This document shows positions 9,971 through 20,535 of a stretch of DNA of 64,000 bases, one piece after another. Location of the stretch: the NCBI GenBank assembly GCA_963724765.1, contig CAVRVY010000003.1, forward strand, positions 128,001 to 192,000, written 5' to 3'. The position numbers and the translations under genes are program-made. The DNA is from an uncultured delta proteobacterium (GTDB lineage Bacteria; Desulfobacterota; Binatia; Binatales; Binataceae). Under the pieces are notes generated by a model, which was not told the DNA's origin, made no database searches, and worked only from the letters and a program-made list of their open reading frames with translations. Numbering within the stretch: position 1 is the first letter of the stretch; the number at the start of each line of letters is the position of its first letter.

Positions 9971-10063
9971 CGGATAGAGCGGGACCCCAGACTGCTGCGC
10001 GACTGGCGCGGCGCCCAACATCAAGTGATCGTCCGTGAGCACGGCGTCGAGTTTCAGGGGGAG
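9971..10063 (+). pseudogene. DUF2924 remnant
   Basis: RIERDPRLLRDWRGAQHQVIVREHGVEFQGE aligns with RIVRPGAVLVREWRGISRQVSVLEKGFCFRS of 1314-1790. Confidence 0.6.
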
Positions 10064-10607
10064 ACGACGCTCCAACAAAAAAATTAAAGCGGAAGCGCCA
10101 TGAAAGGTTCCTATTGCTCGCTTTCCTTGGTCGATGGGCGATTGGAGGGCGAATGGGGGCCGGCGAAATCGCAGAAGAAAACTAGATTCAGTAATAGCGG
10201 GAGTTGGCCGAAGGGCACCGGCTCGGTTCCTCGACAGAGAGAATCGAGCATTAATTACCTGCTGCTGGCCGAAACTGAGATTCTCCGGTGGGCGCCCCCT
10301 CTCAGACGCGCTGGACGCGCGCGGAGAAAGAGCAGATCGACGCTCGACCACGACATCGACCAGCCTGCCGCGCTCCCGAGAAGGGTTTTACTTATCGGGA
10401 GTATCTTCGCCGACGTCCGATCCCGGCAACTTGCCAGCTTTGGGCAAACTTGTCACCCGATGCCGAATCTCACCAGTCACTACCATTTGTAGCAGGACTC
10501 GGTCCGTGTTGGGGGGCAACGCACGCCTGAACTCAATCTTGTTCCGAATGCTGAAGGGTTTGGACTCAGCTAATGCCCGGATAGCGACGGTGGTAGTAAC
10601 CGTCGAG

Positions 10608-11246
10608 CTATGCTGCCGGCCGCTGGCCCGTACCACGGAGGTTATAGGCCATCAATAGCAAGTCGTGGCAACGACCTTCGCGATCTTCTGCCCAGTCTGG
10701 CAGCAGCGCTTCCACATGAAAGCCCAGCCTCTCGAACAGCGCCCGGGCGCTTTTATGGTCCGCCACCATCTGCACGGTGATTTTTCTAAGGTCCAAAATG
10801 CCGGCCAGGGCCACAATCTCCGCGCAGAGCCCCTCTCCGAGGCCCCTGGATTGCCACTCGGGTGCTATGTTGATCTGAATCTCGCCGACCTTTCGCGTCC
10901 ATCGAAGCGGGTTCACGTGGAGGCTGGCGTAACCCGACAACGTGCCGTCAGGCTCGGCCAAAAGAGTGACCGTGGCGCCCTTCTCGATACTCTTTATCCA
11001 CTCGTCCACGTTCGCCGGGTGCGTGATATCACTGCGCAGAAAGAGCAGGTCTTCCTGGGGAAGGCTATACGCGAACTGGAGCATTGCGGCCTTGTCTGCC
11101 GCACCCATCAGCCGCAGCGAAACTGGCCGGACCTGAGGCTGGCCACCCGGCCTTACGCGCAAAAACGAGGGCCCTGCTGGCACTTGGCCTTCGTCCAACT
11201 CAATATTTTTAGGATAGCGCTGGCTGATCTCCGGTTTCGTACCCAT
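10608..11246 (-). CDS. GNAT family N-acetyltransferase
   Basis: IAPEWQSRGLG acetyl-CoA motif and ARALFERLGFHVE; SD AAGGAGG. Confidence 0.88.
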   Translation of the reverse strand: MGTKPEISQRYPKNIELDEGQVPAGPSFLRVRPGGQPQVRPVSLRLMGAADKAAMLQFAYSLPQEDLLFLRSDITHPANVDEWIKSIEKGATVTLLAEPDGTLSGYASLHVNPLRWTRKVGEIQINIAPEWQSRGLGEGLCAEIVALAGILDLRKITVQMVADHKSARALFERLGFHVEALLPDWAEDREGRCHDLLLMAYNLRGTGQRPAA

Positions 11247-11521
11247 AAGGTTGAGACCTCCTTGGTCGCGATAACAATTCGCTCCCGCCGAGGCTGCGTG
11301 GCACGAGAGTCAGGCAGCTTTGAATCCAGGCGCAAACCTTGATGCAGCTTGGCACAAACACAAGATAGCAGATGGCGTCACCAACGCCCAAGCCATGATG
11401 CAGCGGTCGCCGGTCTTTGCAGGCAGAGCACAGGTTCCTAACGAGCGAACTGGCGCTTGGAGGAATCCGAGACAACCAGCGTCTCACGGGGGCCCCTTGC
11501 AAGATTCCGATTCCGTGTCTC

Positions 11522-11584
11522 ACCCCTCTTGGGACCGTAACGTCGCGGCTGGCGCGAGCCCGTGGAAAGCTCGCGAGGCAATGA
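11522..11584 (+). pseudogene. ECF sigma factor region 4.2 remnant
   Basis: TPLGTVTSRLARARGKLARQ*. Confidence 0.5.
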
Positions 11585-11794
11585 AAGACTCCTGGTCGAA
11601 GGCATGGTGGCTGAGGCCGTTAAGCAGGGCAAGCTCTGGCTCACAACAGGACAAGCCAGCATTCTTGCCGAAGAAATTCCGGCGGGACTTTCACTGACGA
11701 CGCGCGCGCGGACTTCGAGCAATTCTCCGAGAAGTACAAAAACTGATGGACTATGGTGGATGACACAGTCTGCTGCGAACCATTCTCCGCGGGC

Positions 11795-11992
11795 AAATTC
11801 CCTGATCAGCAGGAAAAAACAGGGAATTCCCTCGATTTTAGCCCGAACCTGAGCCTCCGGGCAGGGAAAAGGCCTTGATCCACTGCAGGTTTTTGAACGA
11901 ATTCCCTACTCCAGCGAACAGGGAATTTTCAAAGCCTCACAGGGAATTAAATGGGTGCATCAGGGAATTTCTTGGAGCGGTTTAGGGAAAAC
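11795..11992. repeat. CAGGGAAWW array, direct and inverted, with 21-bp phasing
   Basis: Direct copies at 11820, 11862, 11919, 11940, 11961 and 11983 (TAGGGAAAA); inverted AATTCCCT at 11796 and 11900. Confidence 0.85.
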
Positions 11993-12428
11993 CGTATTCA
12001 AGCTTCTTCGTGGGCGAAGAGTACAGCCCCGAGGGTCTAGACTCCTCCAGCATCACGGGAGGTCCCGCTTCCTGGCTGCCGAAATCTTAACTTACAATTC
12101 GAATCCGATAGGTCACCTGGAAGCATGACGCGAGCGGCATCTACCAGGCAGGAAACCGCGCGCATAGGAAACAGGTTCCCATCTACGGCGTAGAGCCGCC
12201 GAGAGAAGCAATGGCAACACTGGAAGGTCCATGATGCCGAGAAGATTCTTGCTATTCTTCCCATTCCTAATCGGGTGTCGAGCCTTGCACCCCGCACCGT
12301 TTAGGCGGGGTGGATCTTGCAAACGTCCTCGCACCGCCACCGTCTCTCGATTCCGCCAATTTCCCAACCCAAGCCGGTCGATGGTCTGCTAGGTGCCCGT
12401 TGTCCCAAACGATCGATAACGGCAGGAT

Positions 12429-13301
12429 CTATGCTGTGTTTGTCCGCCTCGCTGTTAACTTCCGCGCGCGTCGACGTGCCTGTGCTTCCCGCCAAGCGGC
12501 CCTGATACCACAGGCGTTGCAATAGGCATTTCTGTTCGAATTGGGCCGCCGAGAGGGTGCGAAGAGCTTTCCACAACTGGAGCAGACCGCAATGCCGGCC
12601 GAGCGCGTCACCGCGAGCATGATCTGCATTGCCAGCGCGCCCGGTAAGGGCGGCGCACCGCCGATCCGGATTTCAAAGCGCTTGCGCCGCGGATTGTAAG
12701 AGACCCGCGGGCGCACCTGAAAAAAACGCAGCCACAGTTCCATTCCATAGGCGACGAAGGACGCGGGGTCGCGCCGCGCAGCCCTCAGGCGCGGCGCCGA
12801 AAACAAAAGCTGCGGGTTGAGCCGGGCCAGGGTTAGGTCATCGACTCGGCCCTTGGAGAGCTGGGCCGCCGTGTTGAGCAGCGCGCGGGCGTGGCCTGCA
12901 AGATTGCGCCACCACTGAAGCGCCTCACGCACAGCGGTTTGACCGGCGCCGGTGGTGCAAACGGCCGCAGCGCAGCCCTCGGGACGAAGGCGGTGGCTGG
13001 GATCGCCATGCTCGCAGAAACCGAACCGGCCGTACCGGCGAGCGTAATCGAGAATGCGCTCGGCCGGGGCCTCGTCGAGCTTGACGAATTCGGTAAGCAC
13101 GCCGGCGGCCGCCTCGACTTTGCGAAATTGGAGCACGCGTCTGCCGCGTCTCAAAGTACGTATCGGATAGCGAAAAAGCAGCCATTGACCGTCGAGCTCG
13201 ACCTCAGGGGCAGCGGACCAATTAGGCACCGCTGCTGGGCGATCCACCCGTCCTTCGTCGTCGCCGAGAGCCACCCAGTCCCACCACTCTAGTTTTGTCA
13301 T
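12429..13301 (-). CDS. Hypothetical protein with C-terminal CGNR-like zinc finger
   Basis: CSSCGKLFAPSRRPNSNRNAYCNACG followed by the basic helix AQARRRARK. Confidence 0.65.
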   Translation of the reverse strand: MTKLEWWDWVALGDDEGRVDRPAAVPNWSAAPEVELDGQWLLFRYPIRTLRRGRRVLQFRKVEAAAGVLTEFVKLDEAPAERILDYARRYGRFGFCEHGDPSHRLRPEGCAAAVCTTGAGQTAVREALQWWRNLAGHARALLNTAAQLSKGRVDDLTLARLNPQLLFSAPRLRAARRDPASFVAYGMELWLRFFQVRPRVSYNPRRKRFEIRIGGAPPLPGALAMQIMLAVTRSAGIAVCSSCGKLFAPSRRPNSNRNAYCNACGIRAAWREAQARRRARKLTARRTNTA

Positions 13302-13415
13302 AGTCGAATCATCTTAAAAAATTTCACCGACGAACGCCAAGTCAATAGGATCGCTAAAAGTGCAGCGCGGGCGACCACTTCGTCCGACGAGATTTGGGAG
13401 GGTTGAAACCCACTC

Positions 13416-14792
13416 ATGCAGAAACAAGGCGACAGGCGACTTTCCACAAGCTCAGTAGACCAGGCCCGAGGCCGGGTCCAGGTAACTTATCGTCGGCTTT
13501 CCGAGCTCAGGCTCGATCCCAACAACCCGCGGACACATAGCCAAAAGCAGATCCGCCAAATCGCCCACAGTATCCAAACCTTCGGCTTCAACGTCCCGAT
13601 TTTGGTCGATTCCAAGGGCAAAGTGATCGCCGGTCACGGCCGCGTCATGGCCTGTCAGCAGTTAGGCTGGACCGAGGTTCCAACCATCACTCTCGAGCAT
13701 TTGAGCGAAGCGCAAGCTAAGGCATTCATGATTGCCGATAACCGACTGACCGAGAACTCGACTTGGGACGACCGCCTTCTGGCCGAGCAACTGAAGGAGC
13801 TCTCGGCAATCGAGCTCAACTTCAATCTCGAGGCCATCGGCTTCGAGACCGCTGAGATCGATTTGCGCATCGAGAGTCTGAGGGCGGATAGCGACCAACG
13901 AGAGGATCCCGCGGACCTCCTTACAGCCATACCGGCCGAGCCGCCAGTGAGTCGACCAGGCGATCTCCTTCTGCTAGGCAGGCATCGGGTGTACTGCGGC
14001 AGCGCGCTCGAGCAAGCCTCCTACACCGCCCTGATGAGGGAGGAACAGGGCGCGATGGTGTTCACCGACCCACCGTATAACGTCGCCATCAAGGGCAACG
14101 TTAGCGGTCTCGGCGCCATTCGCCACCGCGACTTCGCGATGGCCTCAGGCGAGATGGACGAGGCTCAATACGCCGCTTTCCTCACCCACGCCTGCTCGCT
14201 GCTTGCCCTCCACAGCGCAGATGGCGCGCTGCACTTCATCTTTATGGATTGGCGGCACATCGGTGAGCTACTTGCGGCGGGTCGGAGCGTGTACGCGGAC
14301 CTGAAGGGCATGTGTGTCTGGGTCAAAAACCATACCGGTATGGGAGCGTTCTATCGCAGCCGCCACGAGCTGGTCTTCGTCTTCAAGCACGGCCGTGGGT
14401 CCCACCGCAACAACGTCCTACTAGGCAAATATGGCCGCGATCGCACCAACGTATGGAGTTACCCGAGCCCTCGCACGCCCAGCGAAGAAGGCAACCTGCT
14501 TGCGTTGCATCCCACGGTGAAGCCGGTGCGGCTGGTCGCCGATGCCATCCTGGACTGCACCGCGCGCGGCGACATCGTGGTCGATGCCTTCCTCGGCAGC
14601 GGCACCACCGTCATCGCCGCCGAACGTGTGGGCCGGCACTGCTACGGACTCGAGCTCGACCCAATCTACGTCGACACGATCGTGAGGCGCTGGCAAGCCT
14701 ATACGGGCGAGGCCGCCCGCGATGCATCAAGCGGGAGATCATTCAACGAGTTGGAAGCCGAGCGAACGGAGGAGGTGCGCAATGTCCGCTGA
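13416..14792 (+). CDS. ParB-N-terminal-domain DNA methyltransferase (N4/N6, beta class)
   Basis: NNPRTHS...IAGHGR...IADNRL (ParB/Srx); FTDPPYN, HPTVKP and DAFLGSGTT. Confidence 0.93.
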   Translation: MQKQGDRRLSTSSVDQARGRVQVTYRRLSELRLDPNNPRTHSQKQIRQIAHSIQTFGFNVPILVDSKGKVIAGHGRVMACQQLGWTEVPTITLEHLSEAQAKAFMIADNRLTENSTWDDRLLAEQLKELSAIELNFNLEAIGFETAEIDLRIESLRADSDQREDPADLLTAIPAEPPVSRPGDLLLLGRHRVYCGSALEQASYTALMREEQGAMVFTDPPYNVAIKGNVSGLGAIRHRDFAMASGEMDEAQYAAFLTHACSLLALHSADGALHFIFMDWRHIGELLAAGRSVYADLKGMCVWVKNHTGMGAFYRSRHELVFVFKHGRGSHRNNVLLGKYGRDRTNVWSYPSPRTPSEEGNLLALHPTVKPVRLVADAILDCTARGDIVVDAFLGSGTTVIAAERVGRHCYGLELDPIYVDTIVRRWQAYTGEAARDASSGRSFNELEAERTEEVRNVR

Positions 14793-15129
14793 AATGGGCT
14801 ACGGGAAGCCGCCGCGGGCGACTCGGTTCCGCAAAGGTCAATCGGGGAACCCCAGGGGCCGGCCGCGCGGCTCAAGAAGTTTCGCGAGCCTGATGGAGGA
14901 GGCGCTCGCCGAGCCGGTAATAATAAATGAGAACGGGCGACGGAAGAAAGCAACAAAGCTGCAAGCGATCGTTAAACAGCTGGTGAATAAAGCTGCTCAA
15001 GGTGATCATCGCTCGATTCAACTTTTGATGGCATTCACTGAGCGACAACAACTGTTAGGCAAAGACGGAAAGCCCATAACAATAGTTGAGCTGCTTTCCG
15101 CGATAGGTCCAATTTCTGATGAAGACTGA
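14782..15129 (+). CDS. DUF5681 protein (terminase small subunit-like)
   Basis: GYGKPPRATRFRKGQSGNPRGRPRG; overlaps both neighbours. Confidence 0.85.
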   Translation: MSAEMGYGKPPRATRFRKGQSGNPRGRPRGSRSFASLMEEALAEPVIINENGRRKKATKLQAIVKQLVNKAAQGDHRSIQLLMAFTERQQLLGKDGKPITIVELLSAIGPISDED

Positions 15130-16741
15130 AAAGCACGAACTCTCCCCTCAACAGAAGACGTTGGCACGTAGGGTGGTCACCGACCCCGTGCTGTTCGGCA
15201 CCAATGTCCTCGGCGCTCAGCTCTGGGAACAACAGATTGAAATACTGCATTCAATCCAGAACTGTCGACGAACCGTCATAAGATCCTGCCATGGCGTGGG
15301 CAAGACTTACGCCTTGGCCGTGGCCGCACTTTGGTGGTTAGCGCGCTACCCTGACGGAATTGTTCTGACTACCTCATCGACCTTCCGCCAGGTCAAAACC
15401 CAGTTGTGGTCAGAGATTCATCGCCTCATTGCGCAGGCGAGGGTTCACTATCCCGAACTCAAAAGTACGGAGCTCAGGCTGCGTGACGACAGCAACTTCG
15501 CTTTGGGTTTCTCGACCGACCGATCTGCAAACTTTCAGGGGTATCATGGCAAGCATGTCCTGATCATCGCGGACGAGGCGCCGGGGATCGAGTCCGGCGT
15601 TTGGGACGCGATTGCGGGTACCATGGCTGGCGGCAAAGTGCATATCGTGATGGCCGGAAATCCCACTCTACCATCGGGTGCCTTCTATGACGCGTTCACG
15701 CGAGAACGGGAACTATGGAATTGTATTACTATCGACGCATTCGACTCGCCGAACTTAAAAGACATCGGGCTCGACGAGCTTCTGCAGATGGATCCAGCGG
15801 AGGGCGGACTCTTGGACCAGAATCCGATGCCTTACCTGGTGACCAAACGCTGGGTTTTCGATCAGTATAGGGCATGGTGGCATGGCGACGAACGCAGCTC
15901 GCCCAACTGGGTCTCGCGCGTGCGCGGCCAATTCCCCGACCAGGCACAGAACGCTCTCGTGAAACTGCGCTGGTTGGAGCGCGCCAAGGAGCGCGTTCTT
16001 CGCACTCCGGTGCAAGATAAGGCGGCCAGCCTGGTAGCCGGAGTGGACGTTGGCGGCGGAGAAGCGGAAACGGTCGTTTATGTCTGCGAGTCCAAGCCGC
16101 ACGACTTCAAGATCATCGCCATGGGGGCGTGGCGCTGCGAGGACACGCGCGGCGACGTGGTCCGGTTCTTGGCCTCGTACCGCGGACGCCTTCGTTCCGT
16201 TCGAGTTGATGCGATCGGGATGGGTCACAACTTTGGCCTGCATCTCAGGGACGAGAGATTTCCGGTCGAGCTGGTCAACGTCGGCATGGCATGTGAGAGT
16301 CGTCCGGAATGGCCCGAGAACGATCCTGCCGGGCGATTCGTGAATCTAAAGGCACAGTACTATCAGGAGCTGGCCGATGCGTTCGAGCGCAACGAGGTAC
16401 AGGGTTTGAGAGACGATGTGACTATAGACCAACTGACCGGCATCTTGTACGAAGTTGATTCTCACGGAAGAATTAAGATCGAAAGCAAGGAAAGCGCCCG
16501 GGCGCGCGGAATTCCCTCGCCCGATCGCGCCGAGGCGCTCATGCTCGCGCTTTGCAAACCGCCGCAGAAATACGAATGGTACTCGATCCGCGATTTTCCA
16601 CGTTTGAGGTCGGGTTCTGCCCAGAGGCTGGGTGATCAATGTGGAGGATTAGCATATATGGGCTTCAGAGAGGTCCCCCATGACCCTGCGGAGGACATAC
16701 CGCTGAGAGGGAGATGGCCGCGCGGCTGGGAGGTATTCTGA
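15119..16741 (+). CDS. Terminase large subunit-like ATPase/nuclease
   Basis: Walker A SCHGVGKT, Walker B LIIADEA, coupling motif GNP; nuclease motifs AGVDVG, VDAIGMG and SPDRAEALMLA. Confidence 0.88.
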   Translation: MKTEKHELSPQQKTLARRVVTDPVLFGTNVLGAQLWEQQIEILHSIQNCRRTVIRSCHGVGKTYALAVAALWWLARYPDGIVLTTSSTFRQVKTQLWSEIHRLIAQARVHYPELKSTELRLRDDSNFALGFSTDRSANFQGYHGKHVLIIADEAPGIESGVWDAIAGTMAGGKVHIVMAGNPTLPSGAFYDAFTRERELWNCITIDAFDSPNLKDIGLDELLQMDPAEGGLLDQNPMPYLVTKRWVFDQYRAWWHGDERSSPNWVSRVRGQFPDQAQNALVKLRWLERAKERVLRTPVQDKAASLVAGVDVGGGEAETVVYVCESKPHDFKIIAMGAWRCEDTRGDVVRFLASYRGRLRSVRVDAIGMGHNFGLHLRDERFPVELVNVGMACESRPEWPENDPAGRFVNLKAQYYQELADAFERNEVQGLRDDVTIDQLTGILYEVDSHGRIKIESKESARARGIPSPDRAEALMLALCKPPQKYEWYSIRDFPRLRSGSAQRLGDQCGGLAYMGFREVPHDPAEDIPLRGRWPRGWEVF

Positions 16742-16975
16742 GATCTGAGTTTGGGCTTGTCTCTACTGAAAACTCCGAAAGCATTGAAAAGTCTGGCGAT
16801 TCACCCTGGCCCGCCGTTGTGTGGGTACGTGGGGAGAACTGTGTTCTCAGAAGAACCGGATTCGTTTGTCGTGAGCCTCCCTTTAGGTATAAATCTTTTC
16901 AAGATCGGAAAGTTATTGCACGTGCCACACAACCGTGTCCGAATCGGACGGCCATAAACCCAACGGAGTTCATTC

Positions 16976-17158
16976 ATGGACGCCTATCTGGATCGTATCG
17001 CTCCTGAGAAATTAACGGTCCTCTGCGCAAGCGGGTTTTTCCTCGACGATAGAAGGCTGACATTTATCGACGAATACGGGGCGGAGCTTTCTATCGAAGA
17101 GGTCGAGGAAAACAACGTACGCTGGCTGAAGCGCCGGATCGGTGAGGTCGGACACTGA
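16976..17158 (+). CDS. Small acidic hypothetical protein
   Basis: 60-aa ORF with GGAG SD upstream. Confidence 0.4.
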   Translation: MDAYLDRIAPEKLTVLCASGFFLDDRRLTFIDEYGAELSIEEVEENNVRWLKRRIGEVGH

Positions 17159-17299
17159 TAGGCTGCTGCCGGAGTCTTTTCAGGAACGCGCAAGCGTTAA
17201 AGCGGCGTGCGTAAAGTCCGCGCGTGGCAAGTCGAACACTCGTCCACATCTACATCACGAACTCGAAGGGAACACGAAATTAGTAATCTGTTTCGACGA

Positions 17300-19112
17300 T
17301 CATTTCGTAACGGGGGCGGTGAGGCCGGCGCCATCCTCGAGTGCTGCTTCATGGTCCAAGCTCGAGCCGAGCCTAAGCACCCGCGTGTGAAATTTTCGGA
17401 GGCTCGGCCGGTGGCCAAGACTGACGACGGTCGTCGGCATCCGCGCGAGCCTCGCATACAGGAGTTCCTCGTTTCCCGGATCGAGCGCGCTGGTCGCTTC
17501 GTCGAGGAACGCATAGCGCGGACGGTTGAACAGAAGCCGCGCGAAAGCTAGCCGCTGCAGCTCGCCGGCGGAAAGCACGTCCACCCAATGCATCTCGGCG
17601 TCCAGTCCGCCGAATCGCGCCGGCAGATCGGCCAGATTCACCTCCTTCAGCGCCTCGAGTTGTTCCTCTTCGGTGGCGTCCTCCGCGCTCGGGTAGCGGA
17701 GCTGATCGCGCAGTGATCCGAGGATCATGTACGGGCGCTGCGGCAGGAACATGATCTGGTCCAGCGGTGGACGCTCGATACGTCCGCTGCCGAAGTCCCA
17801 AAGTCCGGCGACCGCGCGCATCAACGAGGTCTTGCCCACGCCGCTCGGACCCATGACCAGCAGCGCGTCGCCCTCGTTAACCGCCGTTGAAAGCCCGTCG
17901 AGCAGCGTCCGCGACCGATCCGGCGTCATCAGCGTCAGGTTTTTAAGCGCAAGGCGTCCGTCCTCGACCACCTCGATCCGCTCCGCGCCGTCGGGTTCGG
18001 GAGCATCAGTCTTCTCGCATTCTTTCTTGAACGTCGCGAGACGGTTGACCACCGACGCATAGTCAGTGAGGCTTTGGAAACGGTCGATCACCAGTGACAG
18101 AGAGCTTTGAAGCACCGCGAACGCGTAAGCGGCCTGGGTGAATTCACCCAACTTGAAATGCCCGGAAAAGTACGCGCCTGCGAGGACGAAATAAGGCACG
18201 AGATTCGCCGCGTCGTCATAGGATTCGGTGAAGAAGGTGAGATGGCGCTGCCACAGAATCAACAATTTGAAGTTGCGCAGCACGCGCGCAAAGTGGCTGC
18301 TCAACTGACGCGCCTCGTCGCGGGTGCCTTGATAGAGCGCGATCTGTTCGGCGTTGTCGCGTGCGTGCACGAGCGCGAAGCGGTAATCAGCCTCGTAGCG
18401 TTGCTGATCGAAATTGATCAGCACGAGGCGCCTGCCGATTATGACCGTCAGCCAGGTACCGACGGCAGCGTAGCCGACCAAGCACACTGCCAACCCATGA
18501 CGAGATCGACCACAGGATTCCGAAAAACGTTGCGGCGGTGACGAGCGCGCTCAGCATTACCATCGAGTAGGTCAGCGCGCCGGTCGTGAAGCTGTTGATA
18601 TCCTCACTGATTCGCTGGTCGGGATTGTCGACGGAGCGATCGCGCATGATGCGGTAGAGCGCGTTCTTGTGCAAGCTAAGCCGGACGAACCGCTCGGTCA
18701 TCCAGTCGCGCCATTCGATCCCCAGCAGCCCGGTCAGGTAGGGATGAAAAGCTGCGATGGGCACGAAGATAACGATCCATACGACATACAGAAGCATCAA
18801 GTGATAAAAGTGCGCAGCATCCTTGGCCTGCAGCGAGTTCATCACATCGCGCGAGACATAGCTGAAGATGGCTCGCATCCCGGTCGTGCCCAGGCTCAAA
18901 GCCACCACGATCGCTAGTAGCCCGAGAGCCCGGGCCCGCTTTTCGGAGGTCCAGTAGGGCCTCACCAGGCTCCAGAGCCCCTTCCAAAACACACGGTCGA
19001 ACTTGCCCACCGCTGCCTCCGATTCACCCGCAGCAATTCCAGTAGGGGCTTCATAGAACGGCGCCGAGCCGGCGCTTGCGAGGCTGCTGAACCGTCGAAT
19101 GATTCTGCGGAC
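17300..19112 (-). CDS. SbmA/BacA/YddA-like ABC transporter (permease + ATPase); frameshift at ~18495; 5' end abuts an IS
   Basis: DNPDQRISED, EADYRFALV, GPSGVGKT, LSAGELQR and FLDEAT; ORFs 18387-19124 and 17300-18493 join. Confidence 0.85.
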
Positions 19113-20328
19113 TGTGCTCCGCAAAAATTAGCGGCGTGACTTGAAACGGGAAAAATAGCAGCCAAAGTGAAAGGAGAAGATCGAAGACGAAGGACATCGG
19201 TGCATCATGAATTTCTGCGCGTGCTGGCTGAACTTGTTTGCCGATTTGCTCCGCTTCCTGTTTCTCGGGTTACGATCCAGAAGCTCGCTCGCGGCCGAGA
19301 ATCTGTTTCCTGCGCAAACAGCTCGGTTTCTACCAGGAGCGCAGAATCAAGCCCTGCCGGATCTCCCATCCAACGCGTTTGACCCTGCTGTGGCTCAGCC
19401 GCTGGTTCGATTGGCGCGGCGCTCTAACCGTCGTGACGCCGAGGACCTTCATCGGTTGGCACCGCCAGGGCTTCCGGTTTTACTGGCGCCGGAAGTGCCA
19501 AGCTGGCCGACCGCCGATTCCGCTGGAGCTCCAACATTTGATTCGCCGGATGGCGCGCGAGAATCCCTCGTGGGGTGAGGAGCGCATTGCAAACGAATTG
19601 CTGCTGAAGCTCGGCCTGCGCGTGTCGCCGCGCACGATCCGGAAGTATCTGCCAAAGTCGCCGGCCCCGCCCGGTGGCAACCCGCGCCACGATCAGCGCT
19701 GGTCCACCTTTCTGAAGAATCACGCGGCGGCCATCATCCCCTGTGACTTCTACGTCGTCGCGAGCGCGACTTTCCGGTTGTTTTACGTGTTGGTGGTCAT
19801 GGAACACGCTTCGCGCCGAATTATTCACCTTAACGTGACCGCGCATCCAACCGCCGCCTGGACCCTCCAGCAGCTGCGTGAGGCCATCCCGTCAGACCAC
19901 GCGTATCGATTTATCCTCCACGACCGCGACGCAATCTTCTCCCCCGGATTCGATGAGTCGCTCGCGCACCTCGACCTTGAGATCATCACAACGCCCGTGC
20001 GGAGCCCGCAAGCGAATGCACTCTGCGAAAGACTCATCGGGAACCTTCGGCGGGAGTGCCTCGATTGGATTATTCCGTTGACCGAGGACCATCTGCGACG
20101 AACCCTGTGGTCGTGGCTACCGCATTACAATCGCGGCCGGCCACACACATCGTTAGGACCCGGCTTTCCCGTTCCGCGTCAGCATTGCCCCGTGCAGGTG
20201 CAACGCCAGCGGCATCGCTTCGACCGGCCCAGCCGCGTCGTGGCGCACCCCGTCTTGAACGGACTTCACCATGAGTACAGCCTCTCGGCCCGCGCTGCAT
20301 GACGATCGTGGTGTTTTTGCGGACCACA
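19113..20328 (+). mobile_element. IS481-like element with integrase-core (rve) transposase (~19207-20302, frameshift ~19307)
   Basis: Terminal IRs TGTGCTCCGCAAAAA (19113-19127) and TTTTTGCGGACCACA (20314-20328), 14/15 match, TGT...ACA ends; CDFY, HDRD and NALCER...RRECLD motifs. Confidence 0.85.
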
Positions 20329-20535
20329 ACTTGCGCAGAGCTTCCCTAGATGGGTGCATGAGGCTCTGGTGATGGAGTTGCTGCATCTCGATCGGCTGTC
20401 GCAAGCCAGCCGGAAAATCGGGTCGGGAACAACGCAATCCCGAGTGAGTTCGAACAGATGCGCGGAAATGGACCAGTCATCAGGCACTGTGTCTTTTGGC
20501 GCCACAGATCCTATCGCCATCACTCTCGATAATTG

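Noticed and set aside
11754-11788. tRNA-like 3' end on the minus strand (GGTTCG...CCACCA)
   Set aside because: No T-stem pairing and the GTTCG-to-CCA distance is 3 nt too long; kept only as a possible element junction.
11795-11992. CRISPR array
   Set aside because: Repeats are 9 bp with ~12-bp spacers in both orientations, and no cas genes are present.
13416-17158. Intact prophage or restriction-modification system
   Set aside because: No portal, capsid, tail or lysis genes and no recognisable restriction endonuclease beside the methylase.
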